From Rhodospirillales bacterium (GTDB lineage Bacteria; Pseudomonadota; Alphaproteobacteria; Rhodospirillales; UBA2165), in contig JAYGEG010000160.1 of assembly GCA_046582495.1 (NCBI GenBank), forward strand, positions 11,553 to 75,552: a stretch of 64,000 bases of DNA, read 5' to 3'. Of the stretch, positions 1 through 9,457 are shown piece by piece. Every line of letters begins with the position of its first letter. Within the stretch, counting starts at the first letter, position 1. The translations under genes were made by a program, and so were the position numbers. The notes under the pieces were generated by a model. That model ran no database searches. It was given only the letters and a program-made list of their open reading frames with translations, and was not told the origin of the DNA.

Positions 1-445
1 CCATAATTTCCGTGTCCATCGTCGATTGGAAAATACAGCCGCGATCCACCAATTTTTTTCGGAGGCCAACGGCGTTTGTGAGATTGCCGTTATGTCCGAT
101 CGCCAAGCCGCCAAACTCAAATTCAGCAAATAACGGCTGCACGTTGCGAATAACCGTCTCGCCCGCTGTCGAATAGCGATTGTGACCAATAGCGCTGCTG
201 CCGGTAAGTCTATTCATGACTTCTTGGGAGCTAAAAATATCGCCGACTAATCCGAGAGCGCGGTGGGTATTGAATTGCTGTCCATCGGTGGAAACGATGC
301 CGGCCGCTTCCTGGCCCCGGTGCTGTAAAGCATGCAGACCAAGTGCTGCGTGCGCAGCGGAATCTTTGTGATCGAAAATGCCGAAGACACCACATTCTTC
401 GTGGAAATGATCATCATCAAAGGGGTTGGTGGTAATATCTATCAT
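1..445 (-). CDS. purF: Amidophosphoribosyltransferase, N-terminal part (3' end lies beyond window start)
   Basis: Absent from the ORF track because it runs off the window. Reverse-strand translation from the ATG at 445-443 reads MIDITTNPFDDDHFHEECGVFGIFDHKDSAAHAALGLHALQHRGQEAAGIVSTDGQQF..., the Cys-nucleophile glutamine amidotransferase N-terminus of PurF. ATGA overlap with the cvpA stop. The cvpA-purF order is classical. Confidence 0.9.
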   Translation of the reverse strand, partial: MIDITTNPFDDDHFHEECGVFGIFDHKDSAAHAALGLHALQHRGQEAAGIVSTDGQQFNTHRALGLVGDIFSSQEVMNRLTGSSAIGHNRYSTAGETVIRNVQPLFAEFEFGGLAIGHNGNLTNAVGLRKKLVDRGCIFQSTMDTEIM

Positions 446-1110
446 TGGGTCCTGTCTAGGAGGTTTTCAATTCCACGGCGTTCTTTTTTATCATATCCGC
501 TCCGATCCCCAACGCCTGAATTTTTGGTCGTCGGACGGACGAGCCTCTCATAGGCTTCTTTTTCGATAAGTTCGCGGGTTTTGGCGCTCATATTTTCTGC
601 TGCGTCCGCACCCATAATTTTAAAGTCTTCGGGTAAAATATCGTTCAAAGCGCGTGTACCTGTGCGAATCAATGAAAGCGATTTCGCTTCGACCATCCAA
701 GTTGGCTGTTTTTCCGGTGGCCAAATATTTTCGGCAATGATGTAACCGCCGGCGAGGAGTATCCCAGCAGTCGCGATCCCCGCCAACATGCCGAGCGAGC
801 GATCCAGTGCATTTAACCGGCTATTGCGGACCCAGCCACCGATCACCGAGCTGAGCAGAAATAAAACCACCAGCGTTGCAATAAAGACCAACACGCCGCC
901 TGCAAGATCTGCAAAAAATTCGTTCTCAATATATTGACGAGCATAGGGCCGGATAACGGGGAATGCAAAAATAGTCACAATCGCCGAACCCAACCAGGAC
1001 AGCACAAATAATCCGCCGCGTACGAATCCGAGGACCAAACCAATGATTGCCCCCAACACAAGGAGCACAATCACACCGATATCGAGGATATTTATGGGGA
1101 GATTTTCCAT
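442..1110 (-). CDS. cvpA: CvpA family membrane protein (colicin V production protein homologue)
   Basis: 222 aa with a multi-TM hydrophobic N-terminal half and a soluble tail. Sits immediately upstream of purF and is translationally coupled to it. Confidence 0.8.
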   Translation of the reverse strand: MENLPINILDIGVIVLLVLGAIIGLVLGFVRGGLFVLSWLGSAIVTIFAFPVIRPYARQYIENEFFADLAGGVLVFIATLVVLFLLSSVIGGWVRNSRLNALDRSLGMLAGIATAGILLAGGYIIAENIWPPEKQPTWMVEAKSLSLIRTGTRALNDILPEDFKIMGADAAENMSAKTRELIEKEAYERLVRPTTKNSGVGDRSGYDKKERRGIENLLDRTQ

Positions 1111-1123
1111 CGATCTCTAGGCC

Positions 1124-2560
1124 TTATCCTTGATTGGCAGCCGCTTTTTCATGCGGTTTCTTTGGCGGATTTTTTTCGCCTTCAATGCGGATATAGTCGA
1201 GTAACTGTTCCAAGTGTTTAATCCTAACGACGCTTAAATTTTGTGTAGATTCCTTCTTCGCCGAGCCAGAACGCCGATGTATTTCCGGTGCAACCGCCCC
1301 ATTGAAGCCAAGCTTTGAGGCCTCTTTGAGGCGGACATCGCTTTGGCTGACAGGACGAACTTCGCCGGATAGACCTATTTCGCCAAAAACAACGATTTCA
1401 GATGGCACAGGCACGCCGGTTATAGACGACACCAGAGCCGCTGCAACCGCTAAATCAGCCGCCGGCTCACTAATGCGTAAACCGCCTGCTACATTTAGAT
1501 AGACATCATGGCCGCCAATTGAAAGGCCGCATCTTGTTTCTAATACCGCCAATATCATCGAAAGTCGGTTGGAATCCCAACCAACGACGGCGCGCCTTGG
1601 TGTTCCGAAGGCAGTCGGCGCCGTTAAAGCCTGGATTTCCACCAACATTGGGCGGCTGCCTTCGATGCCGGCAAAAACACTGGCCCCACTGACGCCATCT
1701 TCCCGATCCGCCAAAAAAATTGCCGAAGGGTTCGAAACTTCAGCCAATCCGGCATCTGTCATCTCAAATACGCCGATTTCATCCGCCGGGCCAAAGCGAT
1801 TTTTGACGGCGCGCAATATACGGAATTGATGACCGCGCTCGCCTTCAAAATAAAGCACGCAATCGACCATATGCTCTAAAACCTTAGGTCCGGCGATGTT
1901 GCCTTCTTTGGTGACATGGCCCACCAAGAACAAGGCAAAGCCGCGGCGCTTCGCGAGGCGGATCAGCTCCTGAGCAGATGTACGCACTTGGGTAACGGTG
2001 CCGGGGGCGGAATCTAAATTATCAACATAGAGGGTTTGAACGGAATCTGCGACAACAACGGTTGGCGCATTATGTTCGTCTAAAGAGGCCACGATATCGC
2101 GGACACTTGTGGCCGAAGCCAGTTCGACGTTAGCATCGGCGAGACCCAATCGCTCTGCGCGCATGCGAACTTGATCAATGGCTTCCTCGCCGGAAATATA
2201 AATGCAACGCGATCCTTCAATTTTGGACAAAGCCGCACAGACCTGCAGCAAAACGGTCGATTTGCCGATGCCAGGATCGCCGCCAACAAGGATGGCCGAC
2301 CCCGGAACCAAGCCGCCGCCACAGACACGATCGAACTCCGCAATATTAGAGAGCATTCGCGGAAGCGGTTTTTCTGAACCTTTGAGACCGACAAATTCAA
2401 TCCTACGGCCCTTTTTTGCGGAGAGCCCTTTGGGCGTGGTGTCTTTGGCGGCTTCTTCGACGATAGAATTCCACTCACCGCAAGTGTCGCACTGGCCGCT
2501 CCATTTGGCCTGGTTTGCGCCACATTCCTGGCAGACAAAGATAACGTTTGATCGGGCCAT
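1124..2560 (-). CDS. radA: DNA repair protein RadA/Sms
   Basis: N-terminal zinc finger CQECGANQAKWSGQCDTCGEWNS, Walker A GDPGIGKST, KNRFG motif and a Lon-like C-terminal domain. Confidence 0.95.
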   Translation of the reverse strand: MARSNVIFVCQECGANQAKWSGQCDTCGEWNSIVEEAAKDTTPKGLSAKKGRRIEFVGLKGSEKPLPRMLSNIAEFDRVCGGGLVPGSAILVGGDPGIGKSTVLLQVCAALSKIEGSRCIYISGEEAIDQVRMRAERLGLADANVELASATSVRDIVASLDEHNAPTVVVADSVQTLYVDNLDSAPGTVTQVRTSAQELIRLAKRRGFALFLVGHVTKEGNIAGPKVLEHMVDCVLYFEGERGHQFRILRAVKNRFGPADEIGVFEMTDAGLAEVSNPSAIFLADREDGVSGASVFAGIEGSRPMLVEIQALTAPTAFGTPRRAVVGWDSNRLSMILAVLETRCGLSIGGHDVYLNVAGGLRISEPAADLAVAAALVSSITGVPVPSEIVVFGEIGLSGEVRPVSQSDVRLKEASKLGFNGAVAPEIHRRSGSAKKESTQNLSVVRIKHLEQLLDYIRIEGEKNPPKKPHEKAAANQG

Positions 2561-2575
2561 TCCTATTCCTAGTTG

Positions 2576-3349
2576 TTATGCTTCAGCGGTCGCTTGAATG
2601 GGACCATCGATCTGGCCGCGAATAAATTGATCGACAAAGGGATTGCCGGATTGATCAATATCATCGGTTGGACCCGCCCAGATGATTTTGCCATCATAGA
2701 TCATCGCTATTTTGTCAGCGATTTTTCGAGCGCTCTGCATATCATGGGTGATCGTCAGAGCCGTCGCGCCGGTTTCTTCAACGCAATGCACGATCAGATC
2801 ATTGATGATGTCGCCCATAATGGGGTCCAATCCGGTCGTCGGCTCATCAAAGAAAATAATCTCAGGATCGCTGGCAATCGCGCGGGCCAGGCCAACGCGT
2901 TTTTTCATGCCGCCCGAGAGCGATTCTGGATATAGATCAACGACTTCCGAGCCGAGCCCGACGAGGGCGAGTTTTGCGACTGCGATATCACGCGCATCTT
3001 TACGGAGCGTACCCCGTGCGATTAATCCAAAGGCGACATTTTCCCAGACAGATTGGCTATCAAAAAGGGCTGCGCCTTGAAACAGCATGCCGACTTTATC
3101 ATTTACTCTGTCGCGCCGGGTTGAACTTATCCCGATCGTTTCTTCTCCATTTATGGTGATGGAGCCGCTTTCTGGTCTGAGAACACCGAGCAGGCATTTC
3201 AGCATGACCGATTTGCCGACGCCGGATCCACCGATGACAACGACCGATTCCCCTGTGGCAATATCAAGATTAAAGTCATCCAGAACAACCTTGAGTCCGA
3301 ATTGCTTGCGCACGCTCTTCATGCGAATTTTAAAATCAGTTTCAGCCAT
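2576..3349 (-). CDS. ABC transporter ATP-binding protein, MlaF-like
   Basis: Walker A GGSGVGKS, signature LSGGMKKR, Walker B IIFFDEP. Overlaps the upstream MlaE-like permease gene by 8 nt. Confidence 0.85.
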   Translation of the reverse strand: MAETDFKIRMKSVRKQFGLKVVLDDFNLDIATGESVVVIGGSGVGKSVMLKCLLGVLRPESGSITINGEETIGISSTRRDRVNDKVGMLFQGAALFDSQSVWENVAFGLIARGTLRKDARDIAVAKLALVGLGSEVVDLYPESLSGGMKKRVGLARAIASDPEIIFFDEPTTGLDPIMGDIINDLIVHCVEETGATALTITHDMQSARKIADKIAMIYDGKIIWAGPTDDIDQSGNPFVDQFIRGQIDGPIQATAEA

Positions 3350-4121
3350 TTGCCGCGAAGAATAACTCCGTCAAAATGTAGTTGAAACATAGAATGAGGA
3401 TCGATGACGATACCACTGCATTCGTGGTCGCCTGGCCGACACCTTGGGCACCGCCTTTAGAATGATATCCGTGATAGCAGCCCATCAAGGTAATTAAAAA
3501 TCCAAAAACAGCTGCTTTTACAAGGCCCGAAAATACATCGATGAACTCAACAAAATCATAGGTGTTTTGCAAATAGTTCGAAGCGTTAAAGCCAAGTTTG
3601 TAGACGCTCACGACATACCCGCCGAGCACGCCAATAATATCGGCAATGAAAACCAGGATCGGCATCATGGTAATGCCGGCAATGAATCGCGGTGCTACGA
3701 GATATTTAAACGGATTGGTCGAGAGCGTCGTGAGTGCATCCACCTGTTCTGTGACCCGCATGGTACCGATCTCTGCCGCAATAGAGGCTGCAATGCGCCC
3801 TGACACCATCAAGCCGGCGAGCACCGTGCCAAGTTCTCGGGTTATAGATAATACAACAACATTGGGGATGGCACTTTCCGCGGAGAATCTCGAAAAACCT
3901 GTAAAGCTTTGCAGCGCCAATACCATCCCGGCAAAAATCGCCGTCAACCCAACGACCGGCAGAGAGAAGAATCCGATTTCGATCATTTGTTTGAGGACAA
4001 TGCGCGGATAAAACGGCGGTCGTACAGAATGGAGTAGGGCGGTTCCTGTGAAACTCACCAAACGACCAATCGTTTCCAGAAAGGCAAAGGTGAAGCTGCT
4101 GATGGTTTGCAGAAAGTTCAT
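3342..4121 (-). CDS. ABC transporter permease, MlaE family
   Basis: 259-aa polytopic membrane protein with MlaE-type sequence (TRELGTVLAGLMVSGRIAASIAAEIGTMRVTEQVDAL). Coupled to the MlaF-like ATPase. Confidence 0.8.
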   Translation of the reverse strand: MNFLQTISSFTFAFLETIGRLVSFTGTALLHSVRPPFYPRIVLKQMIEIGFFSLPVVGLTAIFAGMVLALQSFTGFSRFSAESAIPNVVVLSITRELGTVLAGLMVSGRIAASIAAEIGTMRVTEQVDALTTLSTNPFKYLVAPRFIAGITMMPILVFIADIIGVLGGYVVSVYKLGFNASNYLQNTYDFVEFIDVFSGLVKAAVFGFLITLMGCYHGYHSKGGAQGVGQATTNAVVSSSILILCFNYILTELFFAANG

Positions 4122-4127
4122 CCTCCG

Positions 4128-5210
4128 CTATGCCTCATCCGAAATGTAATGGCGGTCAAAACGATGCCCCAAACTCGTGAGGATTTCATAGCCAATCGTT
4201 CCAGCTTGATCGGCAATTTGGTCTACAGGATTATTGGGACCAATAAGGTCTACCAATGCGCCCATATGCAACATGTCCTCCGGCACGCCGGTGACATCGA
4301 CAGTTGTTAAATCCATGGAAATCCGTCCTACCACGGGCACCTCAGAATCACCAATATAGACTATCCCCGAATTACTTAAACTGCGCATATATCCATCCGC
4401 ATAGCCGATCGCGAGTGTCGCAATTTTTGTCGGTTTTGAAGCCTGATGAGTGGCACCATAACCAACGGTCTGGAGGGTGTCAACGGACCGCAGCTGCAGG
4501 ATTTTTGCTTGTAAACGAATGACTTGCGCCATTTGGTTAACTTTTCCCGGAGTCGGGTTTACACCATACAAAGAGACCCCGGCGCGGCAAAGATCGAATT
4601 GATAATCCGGGCCTAGAAAGATACCTGAGCTCGCCGCTAAACTGACGTATTTTGCTTTGATGGATGATCGTAGCTCATTGAATAGGGCAACTTGCTCTAC
4701 GTTCTTAGGATGATCTTGATCTTCAGCGCAAGCGAGATGGCTCATCACGAGATCAATGTTGAATTTTGCCAAGTCTGGCGCGCTTTGCTCACATTCCGCT
4801 GGCGTTAATCCAAGACGCGACATGCCGGTGTCAACATGAAGACCAGCAGGCTGATCAGCATGAGCTTGCCATTGCTCAATTTGATCACGGCTGTTGAGGA
4901 TCGGGATGAGGTTATGGGCGAGCAATTCTTTGGCAGTTCCCGGTAAAACTCCATGAAATACGTAAATGCGGGCTTCTGGCAGAATTTGACGCAACTCACT
5001 GCCTTCTTCGAGCGTCGCCACGAAAAAGGTAGAACATCCCGCCGCTTGGAGAGCAGGTGCGGCCTCTTTGACACCAAGCCCATAGGCGTTGGCTTTGACG
5101 ACGGAGGCCAGTCCCGCTGATGGCAATTGGTCGCTGAGGATAGAATAATTTTTCGCGAGAGCACCTAGATCGATGGTCAAGGTCGCGCCGGCTTTTTTTA
5201 AATCGGTCAT
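4128..5210 (-). CDS. alr: Alanine racemase
   Basis: 360 aa with PLP-lysine motif VVKANAYGLG and a conserved C-terminal region (YGxxxxA...VVGRISMD). Confidence 0.9.
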   Translation of the reverse strand: MTDLKKAGATLTIDLGALAKNYSILSDQLPSAGLASVVKANAYGLGVKEAAPALQAAGCSTFFVATLEEGSELRQILPEARIYVFHGVLPGTAKELLAHNLIPILNSRDQIEQWQAHADQPAGLHVDTGMSRLGLTPAECEQSAPDLAKFNIDLVMSHLACAEDQDHPKNVEQVALFNELRSSIKAKYVSLAASSGIFLGPDYQFDLCRAGVSLYGVNPTPGKVNQMAQVIRLQAKILQLRSVDTLQTVGYGATHQASKPTKIATLAIGYADGYMRSLSNSGIVYIGDSEVPVVGRISMDLTTVDVTGVPEDMLHMGALVDLIGPNNPVDQIADQAGTIGYEILTSLGHRFDRHYISDEA

Positions 5211-5220
5211 TTTTAAGTCC

Positions 5221-5320
5221 CCCCCACCTTAATCCTCCCCCTCGGTGGGGGGAGGAGATTTGTGTTTGTAGTTGAAATTCTACCCCTTCCCCCCTTGAGG
5301 GGGAAGGTTAGGATGGGGGG
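5221..5320. repeat. Pair of G/C-homopolymer hairpins (REP-like) between dnaB and alr
   Basis: CCTCCCCC(5234-5241)/GGGGGAGG(5248-5255), with alternative pairing CCCCCACC(5221-5228)/GGTGGGGG(5245-5252). A second hairpin is CCTTCCCCC(5285-5293)/GGGGGAAGG(5299-5307). The spurious ORF 5262..5549 reads it as ...LPLPPLRGKVRMGG. Confidence 0.6.
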
Positions 5321-5366
5321 TAAAATAGGTGCTAATATCTTGCCCATCCGACTACTGACTTATTGG

Positions 5367-6914
5367 TTAATAAGATTCGGTGTGTTGGGTATCGAGATCA
5401 CCAAAGCGCGTATACATGCCATGGAAATGGAGTTTTGCCGTTCCCGTCGGGCCATGACGTTGTTTGCCGATGATCACTTCGGCGACAAAACGATTTCTTT
5501 CGCTGCGTTCTTCCCAATCCGTATATCGTGTCGCAAACTTATCTGGTGATTCTTCGGGGCGCTGAACGGGCTCTCCGCGCTCGTCATAATAGGCTTGGCG
5601 ATAAATAAAGCTTACGACGTCAGCATCCTGCTCAATCGTGCCCGATTCACGAAGATCCGATAATTGAGGCCGCTTATCTTCACGTTGCTCGACCGCGCGC
5701 GACAACTGGGACAAGGCCAATACCGGCACATCCAATTCTTTTGCCAGTGTTTTTAGGCCCCGCGTAATTTCACTGATCTCCTGCACCCGATTGTCGGATC
5801 GGGAAGAGCCTTCCATCAATTGCAGATAATCGACCACAATCAAGCCCAGCCCTTCATTGCGTTTAAGACGGCGGGCGCGGGTTCGCAGCGCGGAAACCGA
5901 GAGGGCCGGTGTATCGTCAATGAAGATGGGCAGCGTATGGAGTTGCTGTGAAGCGACCACCAATTTATCAAACTCATCGTTTGTAAGTGTGCCGCGTCGC
6001 ATTTTATCGGAAGCTATCTCAGCTTGTTCAGACAAAATACGTGACGCCAATTGCTCTGCTGACATTTCGAGAGAGAAAAAACCGACCACGGCACCGTCGG
6101 TGACTTTCTTTTCGCCGCTTTCATCAATTTCAAATTTATAATCGTAAGCGGCGTTAAAAGCGATATTGGTCGCAAGCGCAGTCTTACCCATCGATGGGCG
6201 CGCGGCGAGAATGATTAAATCCGAAGGATGAAGACCTCCCATGATTTGATCGAGGTCTCGCAGGCCCGTGGAAACGCCACTGAGATGGCCATCACGTTTG
6301 TGGGCGATCTCTGCCATTTCGACAGCGGAGACGACGGAAGATTTAAAATCCTGGAAGCCGCCTTCAATTTCGCCAGTCGTTGCAAGATCATACAGCGTCT
6401 GTTCAGCGTATTCGATCTGCTTCATCGCAGGATCGTCAACTTCTGGCGTATGGGCTCGGTTTACCACCTGTTCGCCGAGCTCAATCAATTGGCGCTTGAG
6501 GTGCAAATCATAAATGGTTCGGCCATACTCGGCAGAGTTGATGACGCTGACCATTGAGCCCGCAATTTCTGCGAGATAGCGCGTGCCGCCGACATCGGCG
6601 AGTGAGCCATCTTGCTCGAAGAAAGTGCGAAGCGTGATTGGATCAGCGATCTGCCCGCGTTCGATCAGTTTCGAAGTTGCATCATAGATGTTGCCATGGA
6701 TGGGATCGGCAAAATGCTCGGGTCTTAGGTATCCCGATACCCGGTCATAGGCATTATTATTAGCGAATATGGCACCGAGCAAAGCTTTCTCCGCCTCGAA
6801 GTTATGGGGTGGTGATCTGAAACTCGGCAGGCCTTGCCCGTCATCTTGCCCGGCTTGAATATTTGCTGGATTTTGAACTGCTGTTGCCATGGCAAAGAAA
6901 TTACTCTGATCCAC
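5367..6914 (-). CDS. dnaB: Replicative DNA helicase DnaB
   Basis: 515 aa. Walker A ARPSMGKTA, the DnaB C-terminal RecA-like domain (LIVVDYLQLM ... SQLSRAVEQR) and an N-terminal DnaB domain. Confidence 0.95.
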   Translation of the reverse strand: MDQSNFFAMATAVQNPANIQAGQDDGQGLPSFRSPPHNFEAEKALLGAIFANNNAYDRVSGYLRPEHFADPIHGNIYDATSKLIERGQIADPITLRTFFEQDGSLADVGGTRYLAEIAGSMVSVINSAEYGRTIYDLHLKRQLIELGEQVVNRAHTPEVDDPAMKQIEYAEQTLYDLATTGEIEGGFQDFKSSVVSAVEMAEIAHKRDGHLSGVSTGLRDLDQIMGGLHPSDLIILAARPSMGKTALATNIAFNAAYDYKFEIDESGEKKVTDGAVVGFFSLEMSAEQLASRILSEQAEIASDKMRRGTLTNDEFDKLVVASQQLHTLPIFIDDTPALSVSALRTRARRLKRNEGLGLIVVDYLQLMEGSSRSDNRVQEISEITRGLKTLAKELDVPVLALSQLSRAVEQREDKRPQLSDLRESGTIEQDADVVSFIYRQAYYDERGEPVQRPEESPDKFATRYTDWEERSERNRFVAEVIIGKQRHGPTGTAKLHFHGMYTRFGDLDTQHTESY

Positions 6915-7003
6915 GGCGGATGAGAAGTCTGAAAGGATTCACAGCCCTGTTAGACCTGGGGATAAGTCGATAATTTTTGCAAAAATTCTATCTTGACGAA
7001 ATT

Positions 7004-8266
7004 TTATGCTGCGCGGTTGTCGTTCGCTTTGGCTTCTCTCAATGCAGATTTTTCATTTGCCATATAGTCTCTGGTCATCGGCACGATCCGTCGGTCCTTA
7101 ACCAACTGTATTTGGAATACCGTTGAATCGAGATGGCGGAACGAGACTTCGCTGCACGCAAGATAATATTCCCACATGCGGCAAAAAGTTTCATCGTAGA
7201 TATATCTTACTTGATCGCGATTGTTCTGAAAGCATTGCTGCCAGTGCCTTAGGGTCTCTGCATAGTGGAGGCCAAGGAACTCAATATCGGTTACGATCAG
7301 ACCCGTTTTCTCAATTGCCGGCATGATTTCGGAAAGCGCAGGGATATAACCGCCGGGGAAAATATATTTTCGAATCCAAGGGTCCGTTGCTACTGGCGGG
7401 CCAATGCGGCCAATTGTGTGGAGCAGGGCGACGCCATCATCTTTTAAAGAGTCTCGAATTTTATTGAAGTATGATTTGAAGTGATTGACTCCCACATGCT
7501 CAAACATACCGACCGACACGATGCGATCAAATTTATCGCCTATGGTGCGATAATCTTGCAGGTGGAAATGTGCTTTATCTGCTAAATTTTCAGATTTTGC
7601 CCGTTGATTCGATTCCCTCAATTGCTCTTCAGACAAGGTCACACCATCTACATGAGCGTCAAAATGTCGAGCGATGTAGAGACCCATTCCCCCCCAGCCG
7701 GAGCCAATATCCAATACTTTGTGGTCACGATCGAGCAAAAGCTTTGCTGCGATGTGAGCCTTCTTGTCGGTCTGTGCGGTATCCAGGTCATTGTCTGGAT
7801 TTACAAAATAGGCACAGGAATACTGACGATCTTTATCCAGGAACAATTTATACAATTCGCCAGATAGATCGTAATGATGAGCGACATTTTTTCGGGATTT
7901 TGAGGCTGGATTAAATTGTTGGACGCGCCTCGAGAGGGCATCCAGTGAACCAAAAAATCGATGTAGCCAGTGATAATCATCGAGCTCAACATTAACGGAT
8001 AAAATTTGAAGAAAATCATATATGGAGCCACCTTCAACTGAGATGCGGTCCTCCATATAACCTTTGCCGAGCGCCATGCTGGGCGATAGAGCCAACCAGG
8101 TGGCATAGCGCATGTCGTGAAAGTGAACGCAGACCTCGCCCGGAACAAGATCACTTGCCTCACCAATAAATCTATAAATCTTACCGTCGGCATTCACTAC
8201 TTTTAAGCTGCCGATCTTTATCATGCGACTGAGAATTGGCTGTAACACGTACATCGTTTCCCTCAA
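7004..8266 (-). CDS. cfa: Cyclopropane-fatty-acyl-phospholipid synthase family SAM-dependent methyltransferase
   Basis: 420 aa. SAM-binding motif VLDIGSGWGGMG and Cfa-family sequence throughout (SCAYF..., YLACSEVSFR). Confidence 0.8.
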   Translation of the reverse strand: MRETMYVLQPILSRMIKIGSLKVVNADGKIYRFIGEASDLVPGEVCVHFHDMRYATWLALSPSMALGKGYMEDRISVEGGSIYDFLQILSVNVELDDYHWLHRFFGSLDALSRRVQQFNPASKSRKNVAHHYDLSGELYKLFLDKDRQYSCAYFVNPDNDLDTAQTDKKAHIAAKLLLDRDHKVLDIGSGWGGMGLYIARHFDAHVDGVTLSEEQLRESNQRAKSENLADKAHFHLQDYRTIGDKFDRIVSVGMFEHVGVNHFKSYFNKIRDSLKDDGVALLHTIGRIGPPVATDPWIRKYIFPGGYIPALSEIMPAIEKTGLIVTDIEFLGLHYAETLRHWQQCFQNNRDQVRYIYDETFCRMWEYYLACSEVSFRHLDSTVFQIQLVKDRRIVPMTRDYMANEKSALREAKANDNRAA

Positions 8267-8434
8267 TCAGCGGCCCCGCCTGATTTATTCGCCGCGCTTA
8301 TATAAATTGCGATATTTTGCCAATATTCCCCAATACTAAAAATTTACTGAGCTTCGTTATATTAGCACAATTCCCTTGACGTGTGAAGAGCATCACTTTC
8401 TTATCCCGGCAAAAAATAGTATTTGAATTTAGTC

Positions 8435-8470
8435 AAAAAAAACGGCGCATCTCTTGGCAAGATGCGCCGT
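8435..8470 (-). terminator. Rho-independent terminator downstream of rplI
   Basis: 11-bp perfect stem ACGGCGCATCT/AGATGCGCCGT with a 7-nt loop. On the minus strand it is followed by a run of 8 T (plus-strand A run 8435-8442). It lies 23 nt after the rplI stop. Confidence 0.85.
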
Positions 8471-8492
8471 CTTAATGAATATGTATGAAGAG

Positions 8493-9185
8493 TTATTCTT
8501 TTTCTTCAACCTGCTCTTCTGCTTCTTCGCTAGAAGCCTCAGCTTCTTCGTCGCTGGCTTCCGCTGCTTCAGATTCAGTGTCCGCATCGGCTTGGGCTTT
8601 GGCTTGATTGTCGGCTTCGTCTTCATCCGGCATGTTTGATTCGTCAGCATCAAGCTCTTCAACGAGCTCTTCCACTGTATGGGCTTCTTCGTCACCGGAG
8701 ACAATAGCCTGACCAGTCCGGTCTTGAATTTTTGCTTCTTCTTCAGATCGCGCGACATTGACGATAACTTCAACGCTAACCTCTGGATGAAGGGCCACTT
8801 GAACTGAATGCAGGCCAACGGCTTTGATGGGGTTATCCAATTTGATCTGGCCGCGTCCAACAGAAAAACCAGCTTCGGTTACGCCCGTTGAAATATCACG
8901 TGCACTCACTGAACCATAAAGTTGTCCGGCCTCACCAGCTTGGCGCACCATGATAATTTTGGCACCATCGAGCTTTTTACCGACTTTTTCCGCTTCAGTC
9001 TTAAGCTCAAGGTTCTGAGCTTCCAATTGAGTGCGCTGGCCTTCAAAATGTTCTTTGTTCTCGGCGGTCGCAGTGACAGCTTTTTTCAGCGGCAGCAAAT
9101 AGTTGCGCGCAAAGCCAGGTTTAACGGTGACGACATCACCCATTTGACCCAGCTTTTCAATTCTTTCTAACAGAATAACGTCCAT
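8493..9185 (-). CDS. rplI: 50S ribosomal protein L9 with a long acidic C-terminal extension
   Basis: N-terminus [32 protein letters not shown] is canonical L9. At 230 aa it carries an extra Asp/Glu/Ala-rich tail of about 80 aa. Confidence 0.95.
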   Translation of the reverse strand: MDVILLERIEKLGQMGDVVTVKPGFARNYLLPLKKAVTATAENKEHFEGQRTQLEAQNLELKTEAEKVGKKLDGAKIIMVRQAGEAGQLYGSVSARDISTGVTEAGFSVGRGQIKLDNPIKAVGLHSVQVALHPEVSVEVIVNVARSEEEAKIQDRTGQAIVSGDEEAHTVEELVEELDADESNMPDEDEADNQAKAQADADTESEAAEASDEEAEASSEEAEEQVEEKE

Positions 9186-9457
9186 TATTTCTACACCTTC
9201 GTTTTAATATCCGGTTTTCATGCCAAAGCAGATGTTGCGCTCAGCCCATATAAATTTTTGGGCTGTTACAACAAAATCGGCAGAAAACGTGAAAATTCGC
9301 CAAACCCTTATACCACTGAAGGGTTTAAGGCGGGGAACCTACTGCTTTATGACTGTCCTGGCAACCCAAATTTAACCGGAAAATATCAGCATTTTAGGGA
9401 TACCAGTTCATTTCGGTGAGGCGAGTATAATCCTTAAATTTTGCTATGGTTTTGGGA

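Noticed and set aside
5262-5549. 95-aa ORF beginning in the dnaB-alr spacer (…LPLPPLRGKVRMGG…)
   Set aside because: Its N-terminus is the translation of the G/C-homopolymer hairpins, and the rest is antisense to the dnaB 3' end. It is an artefact.
8493-8650. Possible repeat array or CRISPR-like periodicity in GCTTC/TTCTTC-rich DNA
   Set aside because: The periodicity is codon-level (GAA/GAG/GCT on the coding strand) within the acidic L9 tail. There are no spacer-repeat structure and no cas genes.
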